From positions 2,048,001 through 2,112,000 of the forward strand of contig CAVUDW010000002.1 in the NCBI GenBank assembly GCA_963740355.1: 64,000 nucleotides of DNA, read 5' to 3'. The notes below the pieces were generated by a model that had not been told where the DNA came from, did no database searches, and saw only the letters and a list, made by a program, of their open reading frames with translations. The DNA comes from an uncultured Gemmatimonadaceae bacterium. GTDB lineage: Bacteria; Gemmatimonadota; Gemmatimonadetes; Gemmatimonadales; Gemmatimonadaceae. Position 1 is the stretch's first letter. Every line of letters starts with the position of its first letter. Shown piece after piece: positions 19,052 through 28,307 of the stretch. Made by a program: the position numbers and the translations under genes.

Positions 19052-19548
19052 TGCCGGTTCTTGAGACACTGGTCACCCTGCTCGAGCCCTGGAACACGAT
19101 GTACGGCGACTCGACCGCCCTCTCGGTGACCCTCACGTTCGCGCATCTGGGGTCGATGATGGTAGGCGGTGGACTTGCCCTGGCCGCGGATCGCACGGTC
19201 CTCAAGGCGGGTACTCCCGCAACAGCCGAGGCGCGCCTCGCGCTCGCCGACGCCGTCGGTGACGTGCACCGCCCGGTCGTGATCGCCCTCGCCGTCTCGG
19301 CCATCAGCGGCTCCCTGCAGCTGGCGGCCGATCTCGAGGCGCTGGCCGTGAACAAGGTGATGTGGGTGAAGTTCGGGCTGCTGCTGATTCTGGCCATCAA
19401 CGGCGCCCTGATGTTACGGGATGAGAAGGCTGTTCGTCGTGAGGCAGGCGGAGCGAAGGCGTTCGGCGCCCTCCGGGTGCGTGCCATCACGAGTGTGGTA
19501 CTCTGGCTGGCAATTACGCTGGCCGGAGTCGGACTCATGCAAGGATGA
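19051..19548 (+). CDS. Four-TM membrane protein (DUF2214/CopD-like fold)
   Basis: TAATG overlap with the upstream gene; 'FAHLG', 'DVHRP', 'SAISG', 'WVKFGLL..L..NG' pattern. Confidence 0.7.
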   Translation: MPVLETLVTLLEPWNTMYGDSTALSVTLTFAHLGSMMVGGGLALAADRTVLKAGTPATAEARLALADAVGDVHRPVVIALAVSAISGSLQLAADLEALAVNKVMWVKFGLLLILAINGALMLRDEKAVRREAGGAKAFGALRVRAITSVVLWLAITLAGVGLMQG

Positions 19549-19559
19549 GGAGCACGAAG

Positions 19560-20081
19560 ATGAGCGCATCAGAACGCGACGCCGCGGACGACTGCAACAG
19601 CTGCACCCTGCACGATCGCCGTTCATTCCTGACCAAGACCCTCGCCGCGATCGCCGCCGCCAGCGTCCTGCTGCCAGGTGTCGTGAAGGCTGAGGAAATG
19701 GCAGGGTACGTGCTCTATCGTGCGGCGCGCCGGACCGATGGCACCGCCAAGTATCCGATCCCGGCCGCCGATGGCGCCACGATCGATGCCGAAAACGAAG
19801 TGATCATCGTGCGCACGGGCGGCAAGTGCATGGCATTTGCCCTCAGCTGCCCGCATCAGCGCGCGATGCTGAAGGTGAAGGGTGGCGACACCGCATTCCT
19901 CTGCCCGAAGCACAAGTCCGAGTACAAGATCGACGGCGAATACATTCGCGGCCGCGCCACGCGCAACATGGACCGTCGCGCGATCACGAAGGAAGGCGCC
20001 GAGCTGGTCGTCGATCTCGACTCGGTGATCAAGAGCGATGATGAAGCCGCAGCCTGGGCCGCGGCAGTCGTCAACGCCTGA
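19560..20081 (+). CDS. Tat-exported Rieske [2Fe-2S] domain protein (#1)
   Basis: GAGGAG RBS; DRRSFL Tat motif; CPHQ and CPKH ligand boxes. Confidence 0.9.
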   Translation: MSASERDAADDCNSCTLHDRRSFLTKTLAAIAAASVLLPGVVKAEEMAGYVLYRAARRTDGTAKYPIPAADGATIDAENEVIIVRTGGKCMAFALSCPHQRAMLKVKGGDTAFLCPKHKSEYKIDGEYIRGRATRNMDRRAITKEGAELVVDLDSVIKSDDEAAAWAAAVVNA

Positions 20082-20094
20082 CGCTGGCTGTACG

Positions 20095-20128
20095 ACGTCA
20101 CCGGCGCAGGGGCCGGTGACGTTCTTTC
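20095..20128 (+). terminator. Intrinsic terminator after Rieske #1
   Basis: acgtcaccggc/gccggtgacgt stem followed by TCTTT. Confidence 0.65.
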
Positions 20129-20144
20129 TCTTAGCAGGTGATGC

Positions 20145-20615
20145 ATGACACCAGACACGACGAAGTGTTCGGGATGCGCAGTACGAGAGAACGCCGTCTC
20201 GCGGCGTGATTTCGTATCGATGGCGACCATGAGCGCGGTCGCGCTCACGCTTGCCGCCTGTGGCGGTGGCGCTGAAGACGGTGCCACTGGTCCCGGACCC
20301 GGCGGTACGGGTGAAATCGTCGTCAAGGTGGGCGACTATCCCGCTCTTGCCGCGGTCGGCGGTGTCGCGAAGGTGAAGAGTTCTCCACCGGTCGCGCTGT
20401 CACGTACCGCGTCTAGCTACGTCGCGTTCTCGTTGTCCTGCACGCACCAAGGCACGACCACAGTCCTGAATAACGACGGTACGATTTTCTGCCCGAATCA
20501 TGGTGCGGAGTTCTCCTCGACTGGTGTCTGGACCGGCGGTGAACCGACACGCAATCTGGTGAGATTGCCGGTCACCGTCGATTCGTCAGGAAACGCTACT
20601 ATCACGCTCGGCTGA
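20145..20615 (+). CDS. Tat-exported Rieske [2Fe-2S] lipoprotein (#2)
   Basis: SRRDFV, lipobox LAAC, CTHQ and CPNH. Confidence 0.9.
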   Translation: MTPDTTKCSGCAVRENAVSRRDFVSMATMSAVALTLAACGGGAEDGATGPGPGGTGEIVVKVGDYPALAAVGGVAKVKSSPPVALSRTASSYVAFSLSCTHQGTTTVLNNDGTIFCPNHGAEFSSTGVWTGGEPTRNLVRLPVTVDSSGNATITLG

Positions 20616-20629
20616 TCATGCCGCAGACC

Positions 20630-20667
20630 AAGGCGCCCCGCGACACGTACTGTCGCGGGGCGCCTTT
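20630..20667 (+). terminator. Intrinsic terminator after Rieske #2
   Basis: 16-bp stem aaggcgccccgcgaca/tgtcgcggggcgcctt. Confidence 0.7.
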
Positions 20668-20692
20668 CGCGTGTTCATGAACTCTGCCGCAA

Positions 20693-20708
20693 TGGCATGC
20701 TCGTTGCA
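20693..20708 (+). promoter_or_regulatory. Sigma-54 promoter candidate TGGCATG-N4-TTGCA
   Basis: Near-consensus -24/-12 element upstream of Rieske #3; GTTCATGAACTC lies just upstream at 20673. Confidence 0.65.
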
Positions 20709-20890
20709 CTGGTATATCAACGCAGTTGGCCTCCCATTGGGCTGACTTCGCCGAAGAAAAGTAACTTGGCAGTTCTACCGATTGACCGTTCGATAGCACG
20801 AAAATTCGCGGGCGACGGCGATGATGCCGGCGTACAAGCTGGTGGTTCAGGTCCTCGCGTTTTGCCCCCTTCATTCCATGAGGAGTCCAA

Positions 20891-21782
<892 letters not shown>

Positions 21783-21809
21783 TGGCGGTGTAGGGGATTG
21801 AGAAGTGCC

Positions 21810-21845
21810 GACGGCCGCGTCTCTCACCGACGCGGCCGTCTTTTC
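21810..21845 (+). terminator. Intrinsic terminator after Rieske #3
   Basis: gacggccgcgtc/gacgcggccgtc stem followed by TTTT. Confidence 0.75.
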
Positions 21846-22002
21846 GTATGGGGGATGGGGCCAGCATCGGTGTCTTCTGCAGTAGCACAAGCCCTGTCGC
21901 TTCCTGGCCGGTGTAGGCTTCGATGAGAAGGTCGCGATGCCGCGACCTGTGAGGCCACCGCTCGCATGGCCAGTTTCTCGTGTATTAACGGTGGTGGAAT
22001 TC

Positions 22003-22584
22003 ATGACCTCAGATCACAGTGCACCGCACGAGCCCGACTGCGGCACCTGTCCGCTGGTGAAGCCTGATCCGGCAGCGAGTCACCTGGCTGAGGTATCGCG
22101 CCGGGACTTCGTGTCGGTCGCCTTGTTGTCGGCTATCGCCGCCACGCTCAGTGCCTGCGGTGGCGGTGATCTGTCCGCCGCTGACAAGCTGCTGGCGCCA
22201 GGCAACCCGGACACAACCAGCACACCCACCACGCCAACGACGCCCACGACCACCGGGAATCCAACGGTCGGTGCGAACCAGATCGGCGTCACGATCGCGA
22301 GCTACGCGGCGCTCGCCAACGTCGGGGGGATTGCACGCGTCAACAACTCGCCGCCGATCGCACTCGCGCGCACGGCCACGGGTTTCGTCGCCTATTCGTT
22401 GCGCTGCCCCCATGAAGGCACGACGGTGAGCGTGATCTCGGGGAGTTCGCTGCGATGCCCGAATCATGGTGCACTCTTCGCGTCCAGCGGCGGATGGAGC
22501 GGTGGCTATCGCACGTCGAGTCTCAGTGCGAGAGGTGTGACGTCGAATGCCGACAAGACGTTCGTGGTCGTGAGCCTGACCTGA
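22003..22584 (+). CDS. Tat-exported Rieske [2Fe-2S] lipoprotein (#4)
   Basis: SRRDFV, lipobox LSAC, short T/P linker, CPHE and CPNH; clear paralogue of #3. Confidence 0.9.
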   Translation: MTSDHSAPHEPDCGTCPLVKPDPAASHLAEVSRRDFVSVALLSAIAATLSACGGGDLSAADKLLAPGNPDTTSTPTTPTTPTTTGNPTVGANQIGVTIASYAALANVGGIARVNNSPPIALARTATGFVAYSLRCPHEGTTVSVISGSSLRCPNHGALFASSGGWSGGYRTSSLSARGVTSNADKTFVVVSLT

Positions 22585-22609
22585 GCGGCCTGGCTCTCAC
22601 CAGGTCGGC

Positions 22610-23377
22610 TCAGTCGACGGTTCGCCCTGATGTGCGCAAGCGCCGCTGCAGTCGCTCCCGCAGGCCGTCGTGCGTACATGCCGCGGCGCAGAGTCGTTCG
22701 ACATCCTCTCGTCGAACGGTTCGCTGCTCGAGGAGGTGAAACACCTTATCGAGCGTCCACACGTCCTGCATCCGATCGACCAGGGTCGCGCTGTCGCCAG
22801 CTGCAACCTCGCCCGGCTGTTCCACCGCGTTGTACCACCCCGCGGCAGCTGACTCCTTGACTTCGTCGAGCAACGTTGGCCGCATCCACCGGCGCGTCAG
22901 CGTCGCACATGGGCCGCGTGGCTCGGTGATCCGCAGCCTGCACCCGCCGATCTGCCACAGGTCGCCGAGGCACACACGCTGCTCCGTCAGCCCACTGATG
23001 GCGAGATTTTCACCGAACGCGCCCAGACCGTACACACTGGCGTCGACCTGCGCGGACATCGTCCGAAGCGCCGCCGCATGTTCGATGGCGTGAGGTTGCA
23101 GCCGCTGATTCCAGATCGCCGAATAGTGTCCGGCTCCATAAATCAGGACCGCCTTCGTCGGACCGCCGTGATGCTTCTTTTCCTTCTGCGCATCTCCTGT
23201 GAGACCGAGCGGTCCAACGAAAATCGCGTCACGGATTGGTGCCTTGAGAATGGCGGAGCGCCAGGCTGTGTCGTTGCCGCCGGGCGCGCGCGCCGATCGA
23301 AGGGCACGGATCGGGCCGGCGAAGACACCGAGTACGGTGCCACCTGTGGCCAGGCCTGATTCGTCGTCGGTCGTCAT
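22610..23377 (-). CDS. MOSC domain protein (YiiM-like)
   Basis: 'GLTGDAQ..KHHGGPTKAV', 'GAFGENL', 'ITEPRGPC', 'GWYNAVEQPGEV'. Confidence 0.88.
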   Translation of the reverse strand: MTTDDESGLATGGTVLGVFAGPIRALRSARAPGGNDTAWRSAILKAPIRDAIFVGPLGLTGDAQKEKKHHGGPTKAVLIYGAGHYSAIWNQRLQPHAIEHAAALRTMSAQVDASVYGLGAFGENLAISGLTEQRVCLGDLWQIGGCRLRITEPRGPCATLTRRWMRPTLLDEVKESAAAGWYNAVEQPGEVAAGDSATLVDRMQDVWTLDKVFHLLEQRTVRREDVERLCAAACTHDGLRERLQRRLRTSGRTVD

Positions 23378-23445
23378 GTCGATGAAACGTAGTGGGGCAC
23401 CGATGGCTTGCGGGAACGCAGCACTGCGGTGATCGTCCGGTCGCC

Positions 23446-24399
23446 ATGACATCTCCACTGAGCAAGTTCGCCGCGACGCACGTTCTGATGGTCGAGCCGG
23501 TCCGCTTTCGATACAACGAAGAGACGGGCGAATCCAACACGTTTCAGTCGGTGCCCGCATCCGGTGAAGCACAGGCCATCGCCGCCGAGGCGGTGCAGGA
23601 ACATCGGGCGCTCCGGGACTTGCTCGTCAGCCACGGCGTGCATGTCACGGTCGTTCGCTGCGATGAGCGTACGCCGGATGCGCCGTTCTGCAACAACTGG
23701 TTCTCGACCCACCCTGCAGCGGCGATCAGCGAGGCCGGCGGCACTCGGCACGCACCCGCAACGCTTGTCCTCTACCCGTTGCTGGCGCCGAATCGTCGGC
23801 TCGAGCGTCGGACGGACCTGATCCGGATGTTGCGCACCAAGTACCCGCGCATCGTGGATCTGTCCGGCTACGAGCGCGAGGCACGATTTCTCGAGAGCAC
23901 GGGTTCACTCTGCCTCGACGATGCGAATCGCGTCGCGTATGCAGCGCTGTCACCACGCACCGATCGCAACCTGGTCGAACATTTCGGGCGCGAGCTCGGG
24001 TACCGCATCGAGGCGTTCACTGCGACCGATGCCGCCGGTGTGCCGTACTATCACACCAATGTGATGATGTTCATCGGCCATGGACTGGCCGGCATCACGC
24101 TGGAAGCGATCGACTCACCCGATGAACGCCGACGCATCGAGCGTTCGCTGGTGGCGGGTGGCCTTGAAATTCTCGACCTCACTCGCGCGCAGGCGGCCCA
24201 GTTCTGCGGCAACGTGCTGTCGCTGACCAACGACACGGGCGAGGCACTGTTCATCATGTCTGCCGCCGCCCACCGCGCCTTCACCTCCGAGCAGCTCGCG
24301 CGCCTCGCCGCCCACGGCCGAGTGCTCTCCAGCGAACTCTCCGCATTCGAGCGCGTCGGCGGCGGGTCGGCGCGTTGCTTGATCGCTGAGCTCTTTTGA
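23446..24399 (+). CDS. Amidinotransferase / arginine deiminase-related hydrolase (CtlX-like)
   Basis: 'TPDAPFCNNWFSTH', 'FLESTGS', 'YHTNVMM', C-terminal 'GGGSARC'. Confidence 0.88.
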   Translation: MTSPLSKFAATHVLMVEPVRFRYNEETGESNTFQSVPASGEAQAIAAEAVQEHRALRDLLVSHGVHVTVVRCDERTPDAPFCNNWFSTHPAAAISEAGGTRHAPATLVLYPLLAPNRRLERRTDLIRMLRTKYPRIVDLSGYEREARFLESTGSLCLDDANRVAYAALSPRTDRNLVEHFGRELGYRIEAFTATDAAGVPYYHTNVMMFIGHGLAGITLEAIDSPDERRRIERSLVAGGLEILDLTRAQAAQFCGNVLSLTNDTGEALFIMSAAAHRAFTSEQLARLAAHGRVLSSELSAFERVGGGSARCLIAELF

Positions 24400-24468
24400 T
24401 TCGATCGTGAAGGATTGGCGCGCAAATCGAGATTCCGTGTTGTGCACCGCTCCTAAAAAATCTGTGGA

Positions 24469-24755
24469 GGGGAGCGCACGGAGCTCACGGAGTGCTCCAG
24501 TAGCCGGCGAATTCTGATTCGCGACCAACTGAGAAGGGTTTGTTGGATGCAGAATTTCTACCGGTAATCCCTTGCTTCGTTTACAGTCGTTCTTGGCGCT
24601 GCACGGCTGGTTGCACCCGGCGCACTCCGTGAGCTCCGTGGCCTCCCCCTCACAAGTTGTTAACGTGGCGCGACGCCGATGCCGGCCACTGGCGCATTGC
24701 GTCAGCTCCGGCTCTCTCCCTCACCAGCTATTAACGGGGCGCGACGCCGATGCCG
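24469..24755 (-). mobile_element. Non-coding element carrying the same ends as the GxxExxY element (MITE/REP-like derivative)
   Basis: 24469-24499 and 24601-24649 match the right and left flanks of the GxxExxY gene. A degenerate tandem copy of the left end spans 24619-24755 (period about 72 nt). Confidence 0.6.
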
Positions 24756-24948
24756 ACGCTTGGCGGCGAACCGTGCCTGCAGTCGAGGCCGGCAGGCTCC
24801 CCAAACTGCAGAGTCGCTGGTCCCGGGCCGACCATCAGAGTGGTGACGAGGTGGGTGGTGCCGCGATTGCGCCAGTGCTGGCGCTTCCCTGTGACACGCG
24901 CGCACCTTCTCCGCACTTCGCCCGACCTAATTCCTCAAGACACTGCCC

Positions 24949-26361
24949 ATGTCTGAACAAAGCTTCCTCGGCCAGGTGCATCGAGCCTTCGATGCGGCCG
25001 CGACTTTCACCAACCATCCGCAGGCGCTGCTCAACCAGATCAAGGAGTGCAACGCCGTCTATCGCGTCACTTTTCCGATCCTTCGCGACGATGGCACGAT
25101 CAAGACGATCGTCGGCTGGCGCGCTGAGCACAGTCATCACAAGCTGCCCACCAAGGGTGGCATTCGCTATGCCATCAATGTGAACGAAGACGAGGTGATG
25201 GCCCTCGCCTCGCTGATGACGTACAAGTGCGCCGTGGTCGATGTGCCATTCGGTGGCGCGAAGGGCGGCATCAAGATCAACCGCAAGGAGTTCAGTGAAC
25301 ACGAGTTGGAGCGCATCACGCGGCGATACACCTTCGAGCTGTGGAAGAAAAATTTCATCGGCCCCGGTGTCGACGTGCCGGCGCCGGACTACGGCACCAG
25401 CAGCAAGGAGATGGCGTGGATTGCCGACACCTATGCGCAACTCGCCGTCGGTGACCTGAACGCACTGGGGTGCGTCACCGCCAAGCCGATCGCACAGGGT
25501 GGCATTCGCGGTCGCACGGAAGCCACCGGCCGCGGTGTCTACTTCGGTGTGCGTGAAGCGTGCGACAATGCGGCAGACATGGCAGCCATCGGCTTGACGC
25601 CGGGCCTCGAGGGAAAGCGCTTCATCGTGCAGGGTCTTGGCAACGTGGGGTATCACGCCGCGAAGTTCCTGCAGGAGGGCGGCGGCGTGCTGGTCGCCGT
25701 CGCAGAGGCCGATGGCGCGCTCTACAACGAAAAGGGACTCGACCTGCAGGCGATCATGGCGCACCGCAAGGAAAGCGGCGGGCTGAAGGGCTTCGCGGGC
25801 GCGACCTACATGGCGGAATCGAAGGCTGCGCTCGAACTTCCATGCGACATTCTCGTCCCGGCTGCACTCGAGGGTGTGATCACCGCCGAGAATGCCTCGC
25901 GGATTCAGGCCAAGATCGTGGCAGAGGGGGCGAACGGTCCCACCACCTTCGAGGCCGATGGCATTCTCCATCAGCGTGGTGTGATGGTGCTGGCGGACAT
26001 GTTCCTCAACGCCGGCGGCGTGACGGTGAGCTACTTCGAGTGGCTCAAGAACCTGTCACACGTGCGTTTCGGCCGCATGGAAAAGCGGTTCGAGGAAACG
26101 GCGTTCAAAAATGTCCTGCGCGCCGTCGAGGACCTGACGGGAAAGACACTCGGCGAGGAGCGCATGGCGCGACTGTCGCACGGTGCCGACGAAGAAGACC
26201 TCGTCAACTCAGGACTCGAGGACACGATGATCTCTGCCTGGCACCAGGTGCGTGAGACCTGGCTTCGACACGACCGGAAGACGGATATCCGCACTGCCGC
26301 CTTCATCAGCGCCATCAACAAGGTGGCCGTCAGCTATCAGGACCTCGGCATCTTCCCCTGA
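24949..26361 (+). CDS. gdhA: Glutamate dehydrogenase (Glu/Leu/Phe/Val dehydrogenase family)
   Basis: 'KGGIRY', 'VPFGGAKGG', 'DVPAPD', 'GRTEATGRG', 'QGLGNVG', 'NAGGVTVSYFEW'. Confidence 0.95.
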   Translation: MSEQSFLGQVHRAFDAAATFTNHPQALLNQIKECNAVYRVTFPILRDDGTIKTIVGWRAEHSHHKLPTKGGIRYAINVNEDEVMALASLMTYKCAVVDVPFGGAKGGIKINRKEFSEHELERITRRYTFELWKKNFIGPGVDVPAPDYGTSSKEMAWIADTYAQLAVGDLNALGCVTAKPIAQGGIRGRTEATGRGVYFGVREACDNAADMAAIGLTPGLEGKRFIVQGLGNVGYHAAKFLQEGGGVLVAVAEADGALYNEKGLDLQAIMAHRKESGGLKGFAGATYMAESKAALELPCDILVPAALEGVITAENASRIQAKIVAEGANGPTTFEADGILHQRGVMVLADMFLNAGGVTVSYFEWLKNLSHVRFGRMEKRFEETAFKNVLRAVEDLTGKTLGEERMARLSHGADEEDLVNSGLEDTMISAWHQVRETWLRHDRKTDIRTAAFISAINKVAVSYQDLGIFP

Positions 26362-26390
26362 TTGCCGCCGGGCCGACCATGCTGGAAGCA

Positions 26391-26427
26391 GAACGGCGCC
26401 GCCAGGAGAATCCTGGCGGCGCCGTTT
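26391..26427. terminator. Hairpin between convergent gdhA and the DUF4920 gene
   Basis: aacggcgccgccagga/tcctggcggcgccgtt stem. Confidence 0.7.
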
Positions 26428-26445
26428 CTGCGTGATGGTGAAACG

Positions 26446-26916
26446 CTACTTGAACAGCTCCACACCGTTTGCAACGAACTGCACTTCCGTGGCGGTACCG
26501 TCCGCATTTCGCGCCAGCTGTGCGCCCTCGCCGATCAGATGATCCGCAGCGGCCTTGGAGTGCGTGGTGACCTTGGTCACACCTTCCATGCGCGCGCGAC
26601 GACCGACCATCGACTGAGGAATGAAGAAGCCATAGTCCTTGAATGTGACCCGCATGCCCTTCGCGTCAGCGCTTGGTGCCACCTGCATCCAGCAGCCTTT
26701 CTCGGTGCACTCATTCGTGATCACGCCTTCCACGACTACGGCCGTTGCCGTGTACGTGCGGGCCGAGGCCACCAGCTGCGTGACGGCAATGGCACGACCG
26801 GCCGAAACCGGAGCGCCGCGCTTCACTACGGCGGAATCGGTGACGGATTGGGCGGCGAGCGGAAGGGAAGCGATGCAGGCGGCAACCGCCGCGGTGGCAA
26901 GTCGTGTCAGGCGCAT
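26446..26916 (-). CDS. DUF4920 domain secreted protein
   Basis: Signal peptide; 'ECTEKGCWM', 'RVTFKDYGFFIP'. Confidence 0.85.
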   Translation of the reverse strand: MRLTRLATAAVAACIASLPLAAQSVTDSAVVKRGAPVSAGRAIAVTQLVASARTYTATAVVVEGVITNECTEKGCWMQVAPSADAKGMRVTFKDYGFFIPQSMVGRRARMEGVTKVTTHSKAAADHLIGEGAQLARNADGTATEVQFVANGVELFK

Positions 26917-27045
26917 GTGTGCAGTGGTTGAGGTCGGTAGGCCGGTGCTCAGGCAACAGGGAAAAGGTAGCATCCGGCCGTGGATCGCACATGGCGTGGG
27001 CACGTGCCCTGTCGACCTGACCTGCCACGGCGATAATATCAGGGC

Positions 27046-27459
27046 GTGAAGCGCCCCCCTTTCTTCTATCGCGAGTCGCACGGCATTCGTGTCAGTGTGC
27101 GACCGGTCTTCCTGCCTGCACAATCGCAGCCGGCGCACTCGCAATTTGTGTTCGCGTATTTCGTGCGCCTCGAAAACGTCGGTGAGCAGGCGGCGCAGCT
27201 TCTCTCGCGCAAGTGGTTGATCCACGACTCGGTCGGCGATGGCGAGGATACCGAAGTCGAGGGTGAGGGTGTCGTCGGTGAGCTTCCCGTGATCGCGCCG
27301 GGACACATTCACGAGTACCAGAGCTTCTGTGTCCTGAAGTCGCCGAGTGGCTACATGGAAGGGCAGTACTTCTTCCGGCGTGCCGACAAGTCGCGGTTCG
27401 CGTCGGATATTCCGCGCTTCGTCCTCGACGCAGAAAACGCGCTCGGTCCGACGTCGTAG
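27046..27459 (+). CDS. apaG: ApaG protein
   Basis: 'FAYFVRLEN...QLLSRKWLIHD...VEGEGVVGELPVI...Y.SFC.L..PSGYMEGQY'. Confidence 0.93.
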   Translation: MKRPPFFYRESHGIRVSVRPVFLPAQSQPAHSQFVFAYFVRLENVGEQAAQLLSRKWLIHDSVGDGEDTEVEGEGVVGELPVIAPGHIHEYQSFCVLKSPSGYMEGQYFFRRADKSRFASDIPRFVLDAENALGPTS

Positions 27460-27541
27460 CAGCAAGGGCTCGCGTGGCGAGTAGCGTGCGCCACGAACGA
27501 ATGCGCGGAGCGACGCTTCGTTTCGGTCATCCTGAATACAC

Positions 27542-27576
27542 AACGGCCCGTCACCGCTGAGCAGTGACGGGCCGTT
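27542..27576 (-). terminator. Strong hairpin between apaG and the convergent small ORF
   Basis: aacggcccgtcac/gtgacgggccgtt stem; extends through a G-U pair on the minus strand. Confidence 0.6.
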
Positions 27577-27633
27577 CTGCCTTCGACGCCGACTCGACAC
27601 GATCCCGAGCCGACGACCTGGACAACTACTTCG

Positions 27634-27696
27634 TCAGGCGACGGTCTGGTGACCGTTTGCCCAGGTCGAGCCGGCGGAAGGACTGCGACTGGCCAT
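27634..27696 (-). CDS. Putative 20-aa small protein MASRSPSAGSTWANGHQTVA
   Basis: Preceded by GAGGAGGTGATCCC, which contains an 11-nt exact complement of the 16S 3' end. Confidence 0.5.
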   Translation of the reverse strand: MASRSPSAGSTWANGHQTVA

Positions 27697-27868
27697 GGGA
27701 TCACCTCCTCGATAAACGTTGAACAGTGGGCAGATCTGCGCCCTGCACGCGGCGGAGCGCCCATAACAATTAGCGAAGCGACCGACTTCGCGCTATCCCT
27801 TCCCGAGCACTCCGCGGCGGACAAATGCGGAGCTCGTTTCATCCACCTTCGTACCCTCGATTCGTACC

Positions 27869-28261
27869 ATGTCAGAGCGTTCCTGGTCCCCGGTGTTCCT
27901 GCCTGCTGATATTCCACTGCCCGTCGGCGCGTACAGCCCGGCGGTGCGCGCCGGTGACTTCCTGTACGTCTCGGGGCAGGTGCCACGCGACCCACGCTCG
28001 GGCCTCGTCATCGGTGCCACCGTCGAGGAGCAGGCGCAGCAGGTGATCACCAACATTCGTGGAGCCCTGGCCGCTGGCGGCGCGACACTGCACGACATCG
28101 TGTCGGCCACCATCTACCTCGAGAACGAGCAGGACTGGCCGGCGGTGAACGACATCTGGAAATCCACGTTCACCGCGCCGTACCCGTCACGGACCACCGT
28201 CGGGGCCAGCCTGCGCGGAATCCTCATCGAGGTCAGCGTGGTCGCATACCTGCCTCGGTAA
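27869..28261 (+). CDS. RidA/YjgF family protein
   Basis: 'PVGAYSPAVRAGDFLYVSGQVP', 'PYPSRTTVG', 'IEV'. Confidence 0.92.
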   Translation: MSERSWSPVFLPADIPLPVGAYSPAVRAGDFLYVSGQVPRDPRSGLVIGATVEEQAQQVITNIRGALAAGGATLHDIVSATIYLENEQDWPAVNDIWKSTFTAPYPSRTTVGASLRGILIEVSVVAYLPR

Positions 28262-28307
28262 CACAGATCCGCGCTGTCGCAGCGATGACGGACAGCGCGC
28301 GAGTCTC

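Noticed and set aside
21967..21981. Third sigma-54 site upstream of Rieske #4 (TGGCCAG-N4-TCGT)
   Set aside because: The -12 dinucleotide is GT rather than GC, too weak to call.
24853..24865. T-box-like GGGTGGTGCCGCG upstream of gdhA
   Set aside because: The UGGNACC bulge is mismatched, and I found no Stem I/specifier or terminator.
27634..27660. tmRNA tag-like frame (GCA AAC..., ANGHQTVA*)
   Set aside because: No tRNA-like 5' GGGG or 3' CCA/T-arm ends nearby.
27699..27709. 16S rRNA 3' end fragment (GATCACCTCCT)
   Set aside because: The flanking sequence is not rRNA-like. It is better explained as a Shine-Dalgarno sequence on the minus strand.
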